Shown here: positions 22,056 through 33,011 of the stretch, one piece after another
Layout of the letters: each line of letters begins with the position of its first letter
Position numbering within the stretch: the stretch's first letter is position 1
NCBI GenBank assembly: GCA_050950825.1
Contig: JBMNIH010000010.1
Location: forward strand, 192,001 to 256,000
Reading direction: 5' to 3'
Length of the DNA stretch: 64,000 bases
Origin: Clostridia bacterium
Lineage (GTDB): Bacteria; Bacillota; Clostridia; JAAYHZ01
The notes under the pieces: generated by a model
The model's database searches: none
Seen by the model: only the letters and a program-made list of their open reading frames with translations
What the model was told of the DNA's origin: nothing
Position numbers and translations under genes: made by a program

Positions 22056-22874
22056 ATGCAGTCATTTGCCGATAAACTAAAGATTTTTAAAGAAAATAAA
22101 GTCGTGAACTGGCACGAGCATGTTTGGGCGGATGCAAAGGGCAATCTCAATGTTGCCGATGCGGACAGGCTGGTAGAAGGTGCCAAAAAAGCAGGCTTCG
22201 ATGTTCTGGTATGTTCTCTTCCCGTTACTCGAGGCAATCCGGCTCCGGAAATGTGCAAAAGGTATAACGACCTTGTTTATGAAGCCATGAATCGATATCC
22301 CGGTATCATTCAAGGTATGTGCTATGTCAATCCCGGATACGCCAAGGAGGCTGTCAAGGAAATCGACCGTTGTATCAACGAATTGGGTATGATCGGCGTT
22401 AAGCTTTACAATCAATATTACCTTTCCGATCCTGCGGTACATAGCGTGATTGAAAAATGTATCGAATTGGATATCCCGATTTTGGAGCATGCCGGTAAAA
22501 TGCACCCCCGTTCGGAAGACCAACCGTTTATATCCGACGGAACCCACTTTGCCATGGCGGCGGAAAAGTTCCCCGAAGCCCTGTTCATATACGCCCATAT
22601 CGGCGGAGGCGGGGACTATCATTGGTCCTTGAAAGCCATAGCCGATTATCCGAACATTTTCTTGGATATTAGCGGAAGTATTTATGACGAGGACATAATC
22701 GAAGAAACCGTTCGTAAAATCGGTGTGGAACGGGTTATGTTCGGTACCGACGGTTCTTTCAGTTCCTCGATGGGGAAATTGTTAGGCTGCAAATTAAGCG
22801 AAGCCGAAAAGATCGCCATACTAAACAACAAGACCATGGAAAGGTACTTGGAGAGGGGGATGAAGAGATGTTAA
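22056..22874 (+). CDS. Amidohydrolase_2 family protein, metal ligands intact (pair 1, A)
   Basis: NWHEH, GVKL, LEHAG, AHIGGG, FGTD. Confidence 0.85.
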   Translation: MQSFADKLKIFKENKVVNWHEHVWADAKGNLNVADADRLVEGAKKAGFDVLVCSLPVTRGNPAPEMCKRYNDLVYEAMNRYPGIIQGMCYVNPGYAKEAVKEIDRCINELGMIGVKLYNQYYLSDPAVHSVIEKCIELDIPILEHAGKMHPRSEDQPFISDGTHFAMAAEKFPEALFIYAHIGGGGDYHWSLKAIADYPNIFLDISGSIYDEDIIEETVRKIGVERVMFGTDGSFSSSMGKLLGCKLSEAEKIAILNNKTMERYLERGMKRC

Positions 22875-23647
22875 TCGATATGTGCGGATATTTGGGCCAT
22901 TGGCCGTTTCGAAAAATCAACAACAACGATGTCGAAAGCTTTGTAAAAGTGATGGATGATTACAAAATCAATCTTTCGGTGGTCTCCTCGTTAAACGCCG
23001 TATTCTACAAAGACACCATGCAGGGCAATGAAGAAATCGCCGAAGAAATCAAACCCTATTCCGATCGTTTGGTCGCTTTTTGCGTGATTAATCCTGCGTA
23101 CCCCGCTTGGGAAAAGGATTTCAGAACCTGTATTGAAAAGTTAGGTATGAAGGGTCTCATGATGTACCCCTATTATCATCCTTACCGATTAACGGAAGCC
23201 AATGCCATCCGTTTGGCTAACCTGGCCGGGGAAGCGGGAATTCCGGTTCATATCCCGGTATCCATCATTAACGTAAGGCAAAGGCACTGGCTGGATACCA
23301 CGGAGATTTTAAACACCTCCGACTTTATTGCTTTAATAAAGAATGCTCCGAACACGGACTTTATCGTATCCAACGGAGCTACCGACGCCATTGCGGCCGC
23401 CGCTAAAGACGCGGATTCCAAGAGAAAAGGGAAGGTCTATTACGACTTCCAGCGTGTCGAAGTATTCCTGCCTTCTTTTGAAAGATTGTTAGCTACCGTC
23501 GGACCGGAGCAGATCGTATTGGGAACGGGAAATCCGTTGCAGTATTTGGATACCCAGTTCGTCAAGCTCCATTATATGGATGTATCCGACGAGGTAAAAG
23601 ACTTGATTACGTACAAAAATGCCGCTCGATTGTTAAAGCTTGCATAA
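22868..23647 (+). CDS. Amidohydrolase_2-fold protein lacking metal ligands (pair 1, B)
   Basis: IDMCGYLGHWPFR instead of HxH; LGTGNP instead of FGSD; overlaps upstream gene by 7 nt. Confidence 0.75.
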   Translation: MLIDMCGYLGHWPFRKINNNDVESFVKVMDDYKINLSVVSSLNAVFYKDTMQGNEEIAEEIKPYSDRLVAFCVINPAYPAWEKDFRTCIEKLGMKGLMMYPYYHPYRLTEANAIRLANLAGEAGIPVHIPVSIINVRQRHWLDTTEILNTSDFIALIKNAPNTDFIVSNGATDAIAAAAKDADSKRKGKVYYDFQRVEVFLPSFERLLATVGPEQIVLGTGNPLQYLDTQFVKLHYMDVSDEVKDLITYKNAARLLKLA

Positions 23648-23721
23648 ACGATTCCTATCGGCCCGATGATACGCTTTTTGCGATGATCGGGCCTTTGTCG
23701 TTACAAGGAGGCGATACAAAA

Positions 23722-24471
23722 GTGATTATCGATTGTCATTGGCATGTTCTCTTCGACGATTATGAAAGGGTTATTCAAACAAGCATAAACGAATTGAAAA
23801 GATGCGGAATGGACCGCTGCGCGCTGATGTTCCATTTGGATCTTTATCAAAAGGAAGGCGATCTTCACAGGCAAGGGGAAGCTTTGAAAAAAGTGTTAAA
23901 GGACCGGAAAGAGTACTTTGTTCCTTTTTTGACCGTGGACCCTAACGTGGATTTCGGAATTGTTAAAGAAGGGGTGGAAGAATACGTGGTCAAAGGTCCC
24001 GCCGTGGCGGTAAAGGTCCATCATTCCATGAAGGCGGACCGTAAAGAATTCGAGCCCTTGGCAAATCTTCTTTCCATGCACGGGATTCCCGTATTGATTC
24101 ACTGCTGGTACAAAACGGTACAAAAATACGAAAACGAATCGGATCCTTCGAATATCGCAAATCTTGCGGCCAAATTTCCGGATTTGAAAATCATTATGGC
24201 TCACATAACGGGCTGCGGCTTCCGAGGGATTCAGGACATTGCTCCGTATCCGAACGTCTATGTGGATACCTCCGGATCACAGCCGGAGGACGGCATTATG
24301 CAGTACGGGCTGGATTTGTTAGGAGCCGATCGAATCTTATTCGGTTCGGATTTCCCGGGAAGAGATCCGGCTACGCAGTTAGGCCGTATTTATTCTTTGG
24401 ATATGTCGGAAGAAGACCGTAACAAGATTTTAGGCGGTAACTCCGTCCGGTTGTTTGGAGGTGCATTTTAA
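23722..24471 (+). CDS. Amidohydrolase_2 family protein, metal ligands intact (pair 2, A)
   Basis: GTG start after AAGGAGG; IDCHWH, LIHCW, MAHITG, VDTSGS, FGSDFP. Confidence 0.85.
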   Translation: MIIDCHWHVLFDDYERVIQTSINELKRCGMDRCALMFHLDLYQKEGDLHRQGEALKKVLKDRKEYFVPFLTVDPNVDFGIVKEGVEEYVVKGPAVAVKVHHSMKADRKEFEPLANLLSMHGIPVLIHCWYKTVQKYENESDPSNIANLAAKFPDLKIIMAHITGCGFRGIQDIAPYPNVYVDTSGSQPEDGIMQYGLDLLGADRILFGSDFPGRDPATQLGRIYSLDMSEEDRNKILGGNSVRLFGGAF

Positions 24472-25235
24472 TGATGAAGTTGAATCTTTGCGGGCTATAT
24501 GACGCTTCCGCTTGGGTAGGAAATTGGCCTTTTGTTCCTTTAAGATACAACACACAGGATGCATTGAAAAAGAAGCTCTCCGAACAGGGAATTTGCAAGG
24601 CTATTTTATCGTCTTTGGATGCCGTATTTTCTCAAGATCCGACGCTCTGCGCACAAGAAATCCTCCGGGCCGACCGCGAATTTTTCATACCGGCGCCCGT
24701 TACGGACCTGAGTCGTGCGAATTGGAATGAATGCATTTCTTGGATGGACCGAAACGACGTGAAGATCATCAAGCTTCTTCCGAATTACCATATGTATTCT
24801 CTTGAGGAGCAAATCGACAAATTGGTAGAAGAGACCGTAAAGAGGGACGCGGTGATATCCGTACAAGTGAGAATGCAGGACGCAAGGGGACAATACCCTC
24901 TTCTTCAGGTCAAGGATGTGGACGTCAAAGAGCTTGAACGGGTCGTGAAAAAATACCCGGATCAAAAATTCTTGTTAAACGGTATGTACATGGGTGAAAT
25001 CAGGCCCTTTGCGAATATGGACAATGTCCGCATCGAAACCTCGGCCCTAGAGCTGAATGACGTTTTTCGGTCTTTGACGGAAGGATATCCGCAGGATCGC
25101 TTCGTATTCGGTACCCATACGCCTTTGTTTTTCCCGGAAGGCAACCTGTTCAAGCTGGGATACGCAAGCATATCGGATCAAGAGAAAAATAGGATCGGTC
25201 GGGAAAATTTAAGCCGATTTCTTGGGATCGAGTAG
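24471..25235 (+). CDS. Amidohydrolase_2-fold protein lacking metal ligands (pair 2, B)
   Basis: YDASAWVGNWPF, LLPNYHMY, FGTHTP; TAATG coupling. Confidence 0.75.
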   Translation: MMKLNLCGLYDASAWVGNWPFVPLRYNTQDALKKKLSEQGICKAILSSLDAVFSQDPTLCAQEILRADREFFIPAPVTDLSRANWNECISWMDRNDVKIIKLLPNYHMYSLEEQIDKLVEETVKRDAVISVQVRMQDARGQYPLLQVKDVDVKELERVVKKYPDQKFLLNGMYMGEIRPFANMDNVRIETSALELNDVFRSLTEGYPQDRFVFGTHTPLFFPEGNLFKLGYASISDQEKNRIGRENLSRFLGIE

Positions 25236-25262
25236 AACCGTTTCAAATTTTTCGGCCGATTG

Positions 25263-26063
25263 CTATTGATAGATTTTGATCTTGACCCGCAGTCGGCCTT
25301 TTCTTGTTTCGCCCATGATTTCGGATATTTCCGCCTTGCCATAGCCTCGTAAAGATAAAAGAGTGTTTTCGGGTATTTTCTTGGAAATATCCGTTGTTTC
25401 TTTGTAGTTGACAAAAGCCCTTCCGCTTTTGATCAACTCCGCCGCTTCGGAACGGGAAAGATGAAAAGCGGCGCCGACAATACAGTCCAACCGCAGCGAG
25501 GATACGCTTTCCGTAAGCTCCTTGAAGCTTTCTTCGGGAACGATGATGTTGTCGAAGGATTCCGGTCGTGTATTTACCGAATATTTCCCGACCTTTGTCA
25601 AGGATTGATGAATGGTTTCCGTTACGCTTTTTTTCCCTACGATCATACAGCCCTTCGGATTTAACAACAGGTCGCCGAAAAACTCTCTTTTTATGCCTAA
25701 ATTCATAACGGCGCCCAAATAGTCTCGGTGGGTTAAAGAATCGGCGCCTGTAACGGGGATGATGGAAACGAGTGAAAACATCCGGTCAATCTCGGCCGAT
25801 TCTTCGGAGAAATCCTCCGGCATGATAACGAAGGATTTTCGGTCCGCCTTTTCATAGCCGCCGAATTCGAAATATTTCACGTCCTTTATTTGAAACAACA
25901 GGTCTTTTACTACGGCTCTTTTAAAGGGATCCAAAAAATCGGTGCAAACATAGGTCCATGTTTTTGCCGCCGTTTGCGCCTTGTCCAAGACCTTTAAATA
26001 GGTGATGCGATCCTCGTCTTTGTATGTTAAGCTTACTTTTTCTCTTAATGTCCGGATGTCCAT
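25263..26063 (-). CDS. ylmH: YlmH/Sll1252 family S4-domain RNA-binding protein
   Basis: TDFLDP, GGYEKADR, HRDYLGAVMNLGIKRE, SLRLD, SLRGYGK. Confidence 0.9.
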   Translation of the reverse strand: MDIRTLREKVSLTYKDEDRITYLKVLDKAQTAAKTWTYVCTDFLDPFKRAVVKDLLFQIKDVKYFEFGGYEKADRKSFVIMPEDFSEESAEIDRMFSLVSIIPVTGADSLTHRDYLGAVMNLGIKREFFGDLLLNPKGCMIVGKKSVTETIHQSLTKVGKYSVNTRPESFDNIIVPEESFKELTESVSSLRLDCIVGAAFHLSRSEAAELIKSGRAFVNYKETTDISKKIPENTLLSLRGYGKAEISEIMGETRKGRLRVKIKIYQ

Positions 26064-26572
26064 TAGCTGTTCTCGGTCTCTTTGATGGGCTTTGAAAATA
26101 GAACGTTGTTAATGTATTCTAAAAACAGCTCCACGTCGGAGATTACGAAGCCTTTTACGGTAGAGTCGGTCATAAAAAGCTTCAAACCTGCAATGTTGCG
26201 AAACAAGGTTCCGTATGTGGCGTGTTTGATGTTTGTAAAAAGAATATCTTCTCGATGCAGCTCTTTTTTAATAAAAAACAAAAAGATGAGTCGGTCCTTC
26301 GTCAAGTAAAGCAGACCGTCCCTTATATACCGGTCGGAATAGTAGTTGGCAATATCTTTATGAATAATGTCTTGGTCAATGGTTTGGTCTAAGTTCCTGT
26401 ATTTTTTAAAGCTGATATCGGAAACCAGGCTTGTAATCAACGTAAACAGAGCAGCTGCCAAAATGCCGACGGCGAGTGCCCGACTTGGAGGTATGAAAAA
26501 TACGGCTATTGCAAAAACAACAAATCCGAAAAAAATACCTGCGGTTACAGCTGTTCTTCTAAATTTGTCCAT
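26063..26572 (-). CDS. Hypothetical membrane protein with PH/GRAM-like C-terminal domain
   Basis: Two N-terminal TM helices; GLLYLTKDRLIF motif. Confidence 0.6.
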   Translation of the reverse strand: MDKFRRTAVTAGIFFGFVVFAIAVFFIPPSRALAVGILAAALFTLITSLVSDISFKKYRNLDQTIDQDIIHKDIANYYSDRYIRDGLLYLTKDRLIFLFFIKKELHREDILFTNIKHATYGTLFRNIAGLKLFMTDSTVKGFVISDVELFLEYINNVLFSKPIKETENS

Positions 26573-26771
26573 AAAAAACTCCCTTGCTGAAATTGTGGCA
26601 CACTTATTTTAACACATCTTAAGAATTCGTCAAAACCATGAACGGTTATAAAAGATAATAAAAATATTTCTTGATTTTCACCCGGAATATTGTATAATCA
26701 GAAAATGTTTTTTGTGATAATTTTTGACGGCTGTTCATGATACGGCTGTTTTCATATACGGAGGGTTCTAT

Positions 26772-28589
26772 TTGAAAAACGAAAAAATTAGAAACGTTGC
26801 CATCATAGCCCATGTCGACCATGGGAAAACCACGTTGGTTGACTGCATGCTGAAGCAAAGCGGTTTGTTTCGAAAAAACCAAGCGGTAACCGAAAGAATG
26901 CTGGACTCCAACGATATCGAAAGAGAAAGAGGCATTACGATTTTAGCCAAAAATACCGCCATTGAATACAAAGGCGTTAAAATCAATATTGTGGATACCC
27001 CGGGCCATGCGGACTTCGGCGGCGAGGTGGAACGAATTTTGAAGATGGTGGACGGCGTACTGCTTTTGGTAGACGCCTTTGAAGGCCCTATGCCCCAAAC
27101 TCGATTTGTGCTGCGAAAAGCATTGGGTATGGGTTTAAAAACCATCGTGGTGATTAACAAAATCGATCGGCCGGATGCTCGATGCAGCCAAGTGGCCGAT
27201 GAAATATTGGATTTGTTCATTGATTTGGATGCACCTTCGGATCTTTTGGAGTATCCTTTGGTTTATGCATCGTCCCGAGACGGGTATGCGGTTTTGTCCT
27301 TAGAGGATCCGAAAGAAAACATTCTTCCTTTGCTTGATGTTATCTTAAAAGAAATACCGGCTCCGGAAGGAAATTCGGAGGAGCCCTTGCAGATGCTCAT
27401 TTCCAGCATCGACTATGACGTTTACACCGGAAGAATCGGCATCGGGAAAATACAAAGAGGAAAAGCGCTCATTAACGGGAACTATACCTTATGCAACTTA
27501 TCCGGCAAAAGGGAAGAAATGAAAATCAGCGCCATGTACAGTTTCAAAGGGTTAAATCGAATTCCTTGCGAAGAAGCCTACGCCGGAGACATCATTGCCA
27601 TATCCGGTGTGGAAGGGATCGGCATCGGAGATACCATATGCGATCCGGATGTACCGGAGCCCTTGGAATTTGTGAAAATCGACGAGCCTTCCATTTCCAT
27701 GATGTTCACGGTGAACGACAGTCCTTTTGCAGGCTTAGAAGGCGAATACGTCACGTCAAGGCATTTAAGAAGAAGGCTGTTCCGAGAACAGGAAAAAGAC
27801 GTATCTCTTCGGGTTGCCGAAACCGATTCGGCGGATACGTTTCAAGTATTCGGAAGAGGAGAGCTTCATTTGTCGGTTTTAATCGAGACCATGCGAAGAG
27901 AAGGATACGAGTTTCAAGTGTCCAAGCCCTTTGCCGTTATTAAAGAAACACCGGAAGGTAAAATGGAGCCTTTTGAAATGGTATTTATTGAAGTACCGGA
28001 TTCTTTTGTGGGAACGGTTATCGAAAAATTGGGATCCCGAAAGGGAGAGCTGGTTACCATGGAGGGAGGAGGCTCCGAAGGCTTTACCAGGCTTCAATTT
28101 ATCATACCGGCTCGAGGATTGTTAGGGTATCGACAGGAATTTTTGACCGATACGCGGGGGTTAGGCGTTATGTATTCTTCTTTTCATGAATACGCTCCCT
28201 ACAAAGGCGAGATTCCCACAAGAACCCGAGGTTCTTTGGTGGCCTGTGAAACCGGAACCGCCGTAACCTTCGGCTTGTTCAACGCCCAACAGAGGGGCCA
28301 GCTGATTATCGGACCCGGTACGGAGGTTTACGAAGGAATGGTGGTAGGCATCAACTCGCGAAGCGACGACATTGCGGTAAACGTTTGCAAAAAGAAGCAT
28401 TTGACTTCCATTCGAAACGTGCAATCGGAGGATCCCTTGCGTTTGGTTACTCCCGTTGATATGACATTGGAGCAAGCCATCGAATTTATAAAAGAGGACG
28501 AGCTGATCGAGGTGACACCGAAGAATTTCAGGATACGTAAAAAAATACTGGATAAAGTGATGCGGGAACGAATGGCAAGAAGAGGATAA
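26772..28589 (+). CDS. typA: Translational GTPase TypA/BipA
   Basis: [49 protein letters not shown]; TTG start after GGAGG. Confidence 0.97.
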   Translation: MKNEKIRNVAIIAHVDHGKTTLVDCMLKQSGLFRKNQAVTERMLDSNDIERERGITILAKNTAIEYKGVKINIVDTPGHADFGGEVERILKMVDGVLLLVDAFEGPMPQTRFVLRKALGMGLKTIVVINKIDRPDARCSQVADEILDLFIDLDAPSDLLEYPLVYASSRDGYAVLSLEDPKENILPLLDVILKEIPAPEGNSEEPLQMLISSIDYDVYTGRIGIGKIQRGKALINGNYTLCNLSGKREEMKISAMYSFKGLNRIPCEEAYAGDIIAISGVEGIGIGDTICDPDVPEPLEFVKIDEPSISMMFTVNDSPFAGLEGEYVTSRHLRRRLFREQEKDVSLRVAETDSADTFQVFGRGELHLSVLIETMRREGYEFQVSKPFAVIKETPEGKMEPFEMVFIEVPDSFVGTVIEKLGSRKGELVTMEGGGSEGFTRLQFIIPARGLLGYRQEFLTDTRGLGVMYSSFHEYAPYKGEIPTRTRGSLVACETGTAVTFGLFNAQQRGQLIIGPGTEVYEGMVVGINSRSDDIAVNVCKKKHLTSIRNVQSEDPLRLVTPVDMTLEQAIEFIKEDELIEVTPKNFRIRKKILDKVMRERMARRG

Positions 28590-28599
28590 ATAAAGGGGC

Positions 28600-29910
28600 T
28601 TACAAGGCCCCTTCGCTTTTTATTGCTCCGAAAATTTTATCGTAGTAATCGGTCGTTTGCCCTTTTAACACGGACAGCGCTTTTATTGCTTTTTGGCTTC
28701 CGCGAAGAGCGTATTCCATAAGAATTCCTTCTTCCTTGCATAAATCGTCGTGAAGAGGAATGACTTCTCTTAACAAATACATGGTGTATTTCACAAGTCT
28801 TAAAGGACCGTATACGAAAGGCGCCGAGCCTCTAATCGGCATCACCACGACGGAATTCAATTTCTTGATATTATCAAACAGAGAATTTTCTTCGCAGCTT
28901 TCGGCAAAAACGACGGTGTGGAAGGTGCCGAAGAAGGTATGGTTAATTATGCCGTGAGCATCGGTGCCGGACACCAAAGGAATTTTGTATTGCTTGTACA
29001 GATCGTGATACAAGGCCAGCTGAATGGCGTTGATGTCCAAATAGTCTCCGTTAAAAAGCTCGAAGGCGTCGAAAATACCGGTTTTCAAAAAGGCTTCCGT
29101 CAAGGGAGTGGACACATTGTAACGGTCTCCCGCCGCCCAATAGGGATGGGCAAAGATGCAGATGCCTCCTTCCTGTCGTACTTTTTCGATGACGTAGAGG
29201 CAGGAAGCGTATTCGTATCTTTCTTTTTCCGTTTCCAAAAAATCAACGGACCGGCTTTTTTCTTTAATGAAGGAAACGTACTCTTCTTCGCTTCCGTAAT
29301 ATTTCTTTACCGTGTCCTTGTTCCCGAAGCCTACCATGTGGGTGCTTGTTCGAGGCGGATGGATTTCTTCTCCTCGGAATATTTTCAAATCGATATCCAT
29401 ACCGGCGAATGCTTCTTGGGCTTCGACGGAGGGGCTGTATTCCCGATGGTCGGTAATGGCCATAAAATCAAGCCCGACTTTTCGGCAGGCTGCGGCTATA
29501 TACCCGGGCGTGTTTCTCCCGTCGGAGTAATGGCTGTGAAGATGGAAATCCCCTTTGTAGGGTCTTAAGGAATAAAGATCTTGATCGACGCAATAAAGAT
29601 GGAAAACGGCGATCGTATCTTGAAAATCGTTGTCTTCACAAGACAAAAGCAGCCGGTATTCTTGCTCGTGATCAAAAACAAAGGAGCAGGTCAGCGTCTG
29701 ATTGATGCATTTTGCCATCCGGTACGGCCGCTTTTCCTTATCGTAGGTATCGATTTCCATCGGTGCCGCCGTAATTTTATACATTCCGCCTTCCAAAAGA
29801 GGTGTCCCGAACAGGGATTTAATGCGAATGGTCGTATTTTCATTTTTTAATACGACCTTCGGATAGACGTCAAAAATTAAAGCCGTGTTTTCATAAACTC
29901 GTGGTGCCAT
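28600..29910 (-). CDS. PHP-domain metallohydrolase
   Basis: GDFHLHSHYSDG, AITDH, GEE, AHPYW, GTDAH. Confidence 0.85.
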   Translation of the reverse strand: MAPRVYENTALIFDVYPKVVLKNENTTIRIKSLFGTPLLEGGMYKITAAPMEIDTYDKEKRPYRMAKCINQTLTCSFVFDHEQEYRLLLSCEDNDFQDTIAVFHLYCVDQDLYSLRPYKGDFHLHSHYSDGRNTPGYIAAACRKVGLDFMAITDHREYSPSVEAQEAFAGMDIDLKIFRGEEIHPPRTSTHMVGFGNKDTVKKYYGSEEEYVSFIKEKSRSVDFLETEKERYEYASCLYVIEKVRQEGGICIFAHPYWAAGDRYNVSTPLTEAFLKTGIFDAFELFNGDYLDINAIQLALYHDLYKQYKIPLVSGTDAHGIINHTFFGTFHTVVFAESCEENSLFDNIKKLNSVVVMPIRGSAPFVYGPLRLVKYTMYLLREVIPLHDDLCKEEGILMEYALRGSQKAIKALSVLKGQTTDYYDKIFGAIKSEGAL

Positions 29911-29951
29911 GACAATTCCTTTCCGTAATTTTATTATATTCGTTTAAAATA

Positions 29952-30713
29952 TTAATCTCCGCCTAAGAAGCCTCGCAGCAAGGGGCCTCCCATGCCGGAT
30001 TCTCCGCGGTTTCTGTCGGACCCTAGGCCTGTCGCCGATACGATTCTTTGTGCAAGTCGAGACAAAGGCAACGTTTGTAAGTATACCGTCCCCGGCCCAT
30101 CCAAGGTGGCAAGGAAGAGGCCCTCGCCTCCGAACAAAACGTTTTTGAATCCGCCCACAAATTGAATATCGTAATGCACGGAGGGCTCGAAGCCCACGAT
30201 ACATCCGGTATCGATGCGGAGTCTTTCGCCGCTCGAAAGATCTTTACGGACAACGGTGCCGCCGGCATGGATAAAGGAAAGGCCGGATCCGGTAAGCTTC
30301 TGCAGGATAAAGCCTTCGCCGCCGAAAAAGCCGGCTCCCAATCTTTTTGTAAAGGCGATATTAATATCGATATTGTCGGAAGCACATAAAAAAGAATCCT
30401 TCTGGCATAGAAACGAACCGCCGTACAAGTCCAGGTCGATGGGGATGATTTTGCCGGGATATGCGGCGGCAAATGCAACTTGGCTGTTTTTGCCGCTTGT
30501 ATTGGAGAAGGTGGTAATGAAAAAGCTTTCTCCGGTTAACATCCTTTTGAAGCCTTTTAATAGTCCGCCTCCCGTGCCGGTTTGCATTACAATACCGTCA
30601 GCCATATACATCATGGCTCCTACTTCCGCTCTCACCGTCCCGCCGGGGAACAAATCGATTTCCACCATTTGCAAATCGTCCCCGTATATTCGGTACTTCA
30701 AACTCTCTGACAT
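29952..30713 (-). CDS. TIGR00266 / AIM24 family protein
   Basis: GDDLQMVE, AEVGAMMYM, GESFF, FGGEGF, LQTLP. Confidence 0.9.
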   Translation of the reverse strand: MSESLKYRIYGDDLQMVEIDLFPGGTVRAEVGAMMYMADGIVMQTGTGGGLLKGFKRMLTGESFFITTFSNTSGKNSQVAFAAAYPGKIIPIDLDLYGGSFLCQKDSFLCASDNIDINIAFTKRLGAGFFGGEGFILQKLTGSGLSFIHAGGTVVRKDLSSGERLRIDTGCIVGFEPSVHYDIQFVGGFKNVLFGGEGLFLATLDGPGTVYLQTLPLSRLAQRIVSATGLGSDRNRGESGMGGPLLRGFLGGD

Positions 30714-30826
30714 AGTATCCTCCGAAAGACTTTTCGCTTTGATCCATTATACCACACCGAGAAAAGGACACAAAACTATCTTTTTCGGTTATTTCCGAAA
30801 TTTATCAAATATACTGAAAAATTAGA

Positions 30827-30855
30827 TTGACAAGCATTAACTTTGCCGGTACAAT
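30827..30855 (+). promoter_or_regulatory. sigmaA promoter of veg
   Basis: TTGACA (30827-30832), 17 nt, TACAAT (30850-30855). Confidence 0.75.
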
Positions 30856-30885
30856 AAAGAAAACACAGGGGGAAGGTGAATACTT

Positions 30886-31152
30886 TTGATTCAAAAAAAA
30901 GACTTTTCGCAAATTAAGAGAGATATTGAAACCTGTGTAGGAGAACGGATCAAGCTGAAGGCAAACAAAGGCAGAAGCAAGACCTTTGAAAGAGAGGGAA
31001 TCATCGAGCAGTCTTATCCTTCCGTGTTTGTGGTGCGGCTCGATTTCGATTGCCGGTCCGCTCGAAGAATTTCATACAGCTATACCGATGTTTTAACGAA
31101 ATCGGTGGAAATTGTATTGTTGAAGGACAACAGAGCCATTGAAGTTTGCTAG
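30886..31152 (+). CDS. veg: Veg family protein
   Basis: KANKGRSK...YPSVFVV...SYSYTDVLT. Confidence 0.92.
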   Translation: MIQKKDFSQIKRDIETCVGERIKLKANKGRSKTFEREGIIEQSYPSVFVVRLDFDCRSARRISYSYTDVLTKSVEIVLLKDNRAIEVC

Positions 31153-31384
31153 TTCTTAAGTGATATACAAACCCAAAATGGTTTTTTTTATGTATATCAT
31201 GTTTGTTGTGACCAAAAAATATTCTCTTACAAAAGCGGTTATGGGGCATAATGATATTTTGCAAGAAAACTATTTTATATGAAAGTATAAAATAGTTTTT
31301 TTTGATTTCTTTTTTATCAAAACGCATATTCCCCGCCTTGGACAAATATATATGAATAAACGTATACCGCCAAGGAGGATATGT

Positions 31385-32920
31385 ATGGAGATAAACTATT
31401 TGTCTGAAAATATAAAGCTATACAATTTGTCGAAGGCTATCAAAAAGACTGTTTTTATGGAATACGAACACGTCATATCCGATTCGAGGGCCGATGTAGC
31501 CTCGGTCATTAAAGGGAATGCCCACGTTACCGAAGATAATGTTGTATTGGACAACGGTTTGCTTAAGCTCAAAGGCAAGCTGAAGACCGTTGTTTGCTTG
31601 AAAAGTGTCAACGGAAGCTTGTTCAGCGTTCAGCAGGTGTTGGACATCGACGAAAAACTGGACACTTTCGAGGGAGGCGACGAAATCACCATCGCATCCT
31701 CTTGCGTCGTGGAAAAAGTCGAATGCCGGATCATAAACGAAAGAAAAATCGGGGTTCGGGTTCGGTTTGATGTATTTGTAGACTGCAACGGAGTAAAAAG
31801 CGTGGATGTCATTTCCGGGCTGGAGGAAAATCAGAATGCGGAAGTGAGAACCAAAGAGCTGCAGGTGAACCGATTTGCAGGAAACATCGATAAAAACATA
31901 GAAGTGTCGGATACCTTCTTGATTCCCAATGATTTTCCGGAAGTGTTCGAATTGCTGGATTATGAAGCGGTGTTAAAAAACGTGGAAAGCGTCATTAGCG
32001 AAGGCACCCTTCTTTTCAAAGGAGATATCTGCTTCAGACTGTATTATTCCTGCGGATCTGTCGGCGAAAACATTCACTACATCGAAAACAACGTTCCCTT
32101 CAGCGAAACGGAGGACATCAGCGACATGAGGCCGACCAAAATGCTGTGCAATGTCAAACCGGTGAACTTCTCCATGGATGTAGCCCAAGACGGGGACGGA
32201 GAATATCGGTTGATTAACGGCAGCGCTTTGGTGAACGTATCGGCCTTTTGCTTCGAAGAAACAACCGTGGAAACCATTGAGGACCTTTACGGAATCGACA
32301 GAATGCTGACTCCGGAGACGAGAAGAGTAGCCTATACCTACCCTGTACATGTTAGCAGAAGCACTTGCCAAACCACGGAAACCATGAATATCGGGGAAAA
32401 CAGCCAAATTGCGGAAGTTATCGGCATGGACGCTAATGCTTACATAACGGAGCAGACCTATGATAACAGCGGCGTATTAAGCGTAAAAGGAGACATTCCG
32501 GTTACAATGGTGTATAAAGATGCAAACGGTGAAATCAATTCCCATCATCATGTCATTCCTTTTAAGTACGACGAAAAAATGCTCGTAAACCCCAACATGT
32601 CGGTGAAAGTATGGGTGGAACAAACCCATGCCGCTTACAATTTGCTCTCCGGAAACGAACCGGACGTAAGAGTCAATGTCAATTTAAGCTTTAAAGTGTA
32701 TGGGACGGATATGCTGAACTATGTGGAAGACATCAAAGAAAGCGAATACGCCGACGAAAACATGCGTGCAAGCCTTGTCCTTCACTACTGCTCATCGGAT
32801 GACACCGTTTGGAAGCTTGCGAAAAAATTCCGTATTCCTCAAATAACCTTAAGACAGATGAACGACTTGGGTGAGGAGGATCGTTTGGAGGAAGGCCGTC
32901 AAATCATTATTCCGCTATAA
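31385..32920 (+). CDS. sipL: SipL-like spore coat morphogenetic protein (DUF3794/SPOCS repeats + C-terminal LysM)
   Basis: Three beta-rich repeats ending in PF motifs; C-terminal DTVWKLAKKF LysM; conserved veg-sipL-ispE order; sigmaE-like GCATATT...AATATAT upstream (31324-31351). Confidence 0.8.
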   Translation: MEINYLSENIKLYNLSKAIKKTVFMEYEHVISDSRADVASVIKGNAHVTEDNVVLDNGLLKLKGKLKTVVCLKSVNGSLFSVQQVLDIDEKLDTFEGGDEITIASSCVVEKVECRIINERKIGVRVRFDVFVDCNGVKSVDVISGLEENQNAEVRTKELQVNRFAGNIDKNIEVSDTFLIPNDFPEVFELLDYEAVLKNVESVISEGTLLFKGDICFRLYYSCGSVGENIHYIENNVPFSETEDISDMRPTKMLCNVKPVNFSMDVAQDGDGEYRLINGSALVNVSAFCFEETTVETIEDLYGIDRMLTPETRRVAYTYPVHVSRSTCQTTETMNIGENSQIAEVIGMDANAYITEQTYDNSGVLSVKGDIPVTMVYKDANGEINSHHHVIPFKYDEKMLVNPNMSVKVWVEQTHAAYNLLSGNEPDVRVNVNLSFKVYGTDMLNYVEDIKESEYADENMRASLVLHYCSSDDTVWKLAKKFRIPQITLRQMNDLGEEDRLEEGRQIIIPL

Positions 32921-32962
32921 AGATAGGCTTGTTGTTCACAATAGAAAATAGAAAAAAACGCT

Positions 32963-32996
32963 AAAAAAGCTTTTCGCCGGGCCGAAAGGCTTTTTT
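32963..32996. terminator. Bidirectional intrinsic terminator
   Basis: AAAAAAGCTTTTCG...CGAAAGGCTTTTTT. Confidence 0.75.
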
Positions 32997-33011
32997 GATG
33001 TTCATCATTAA

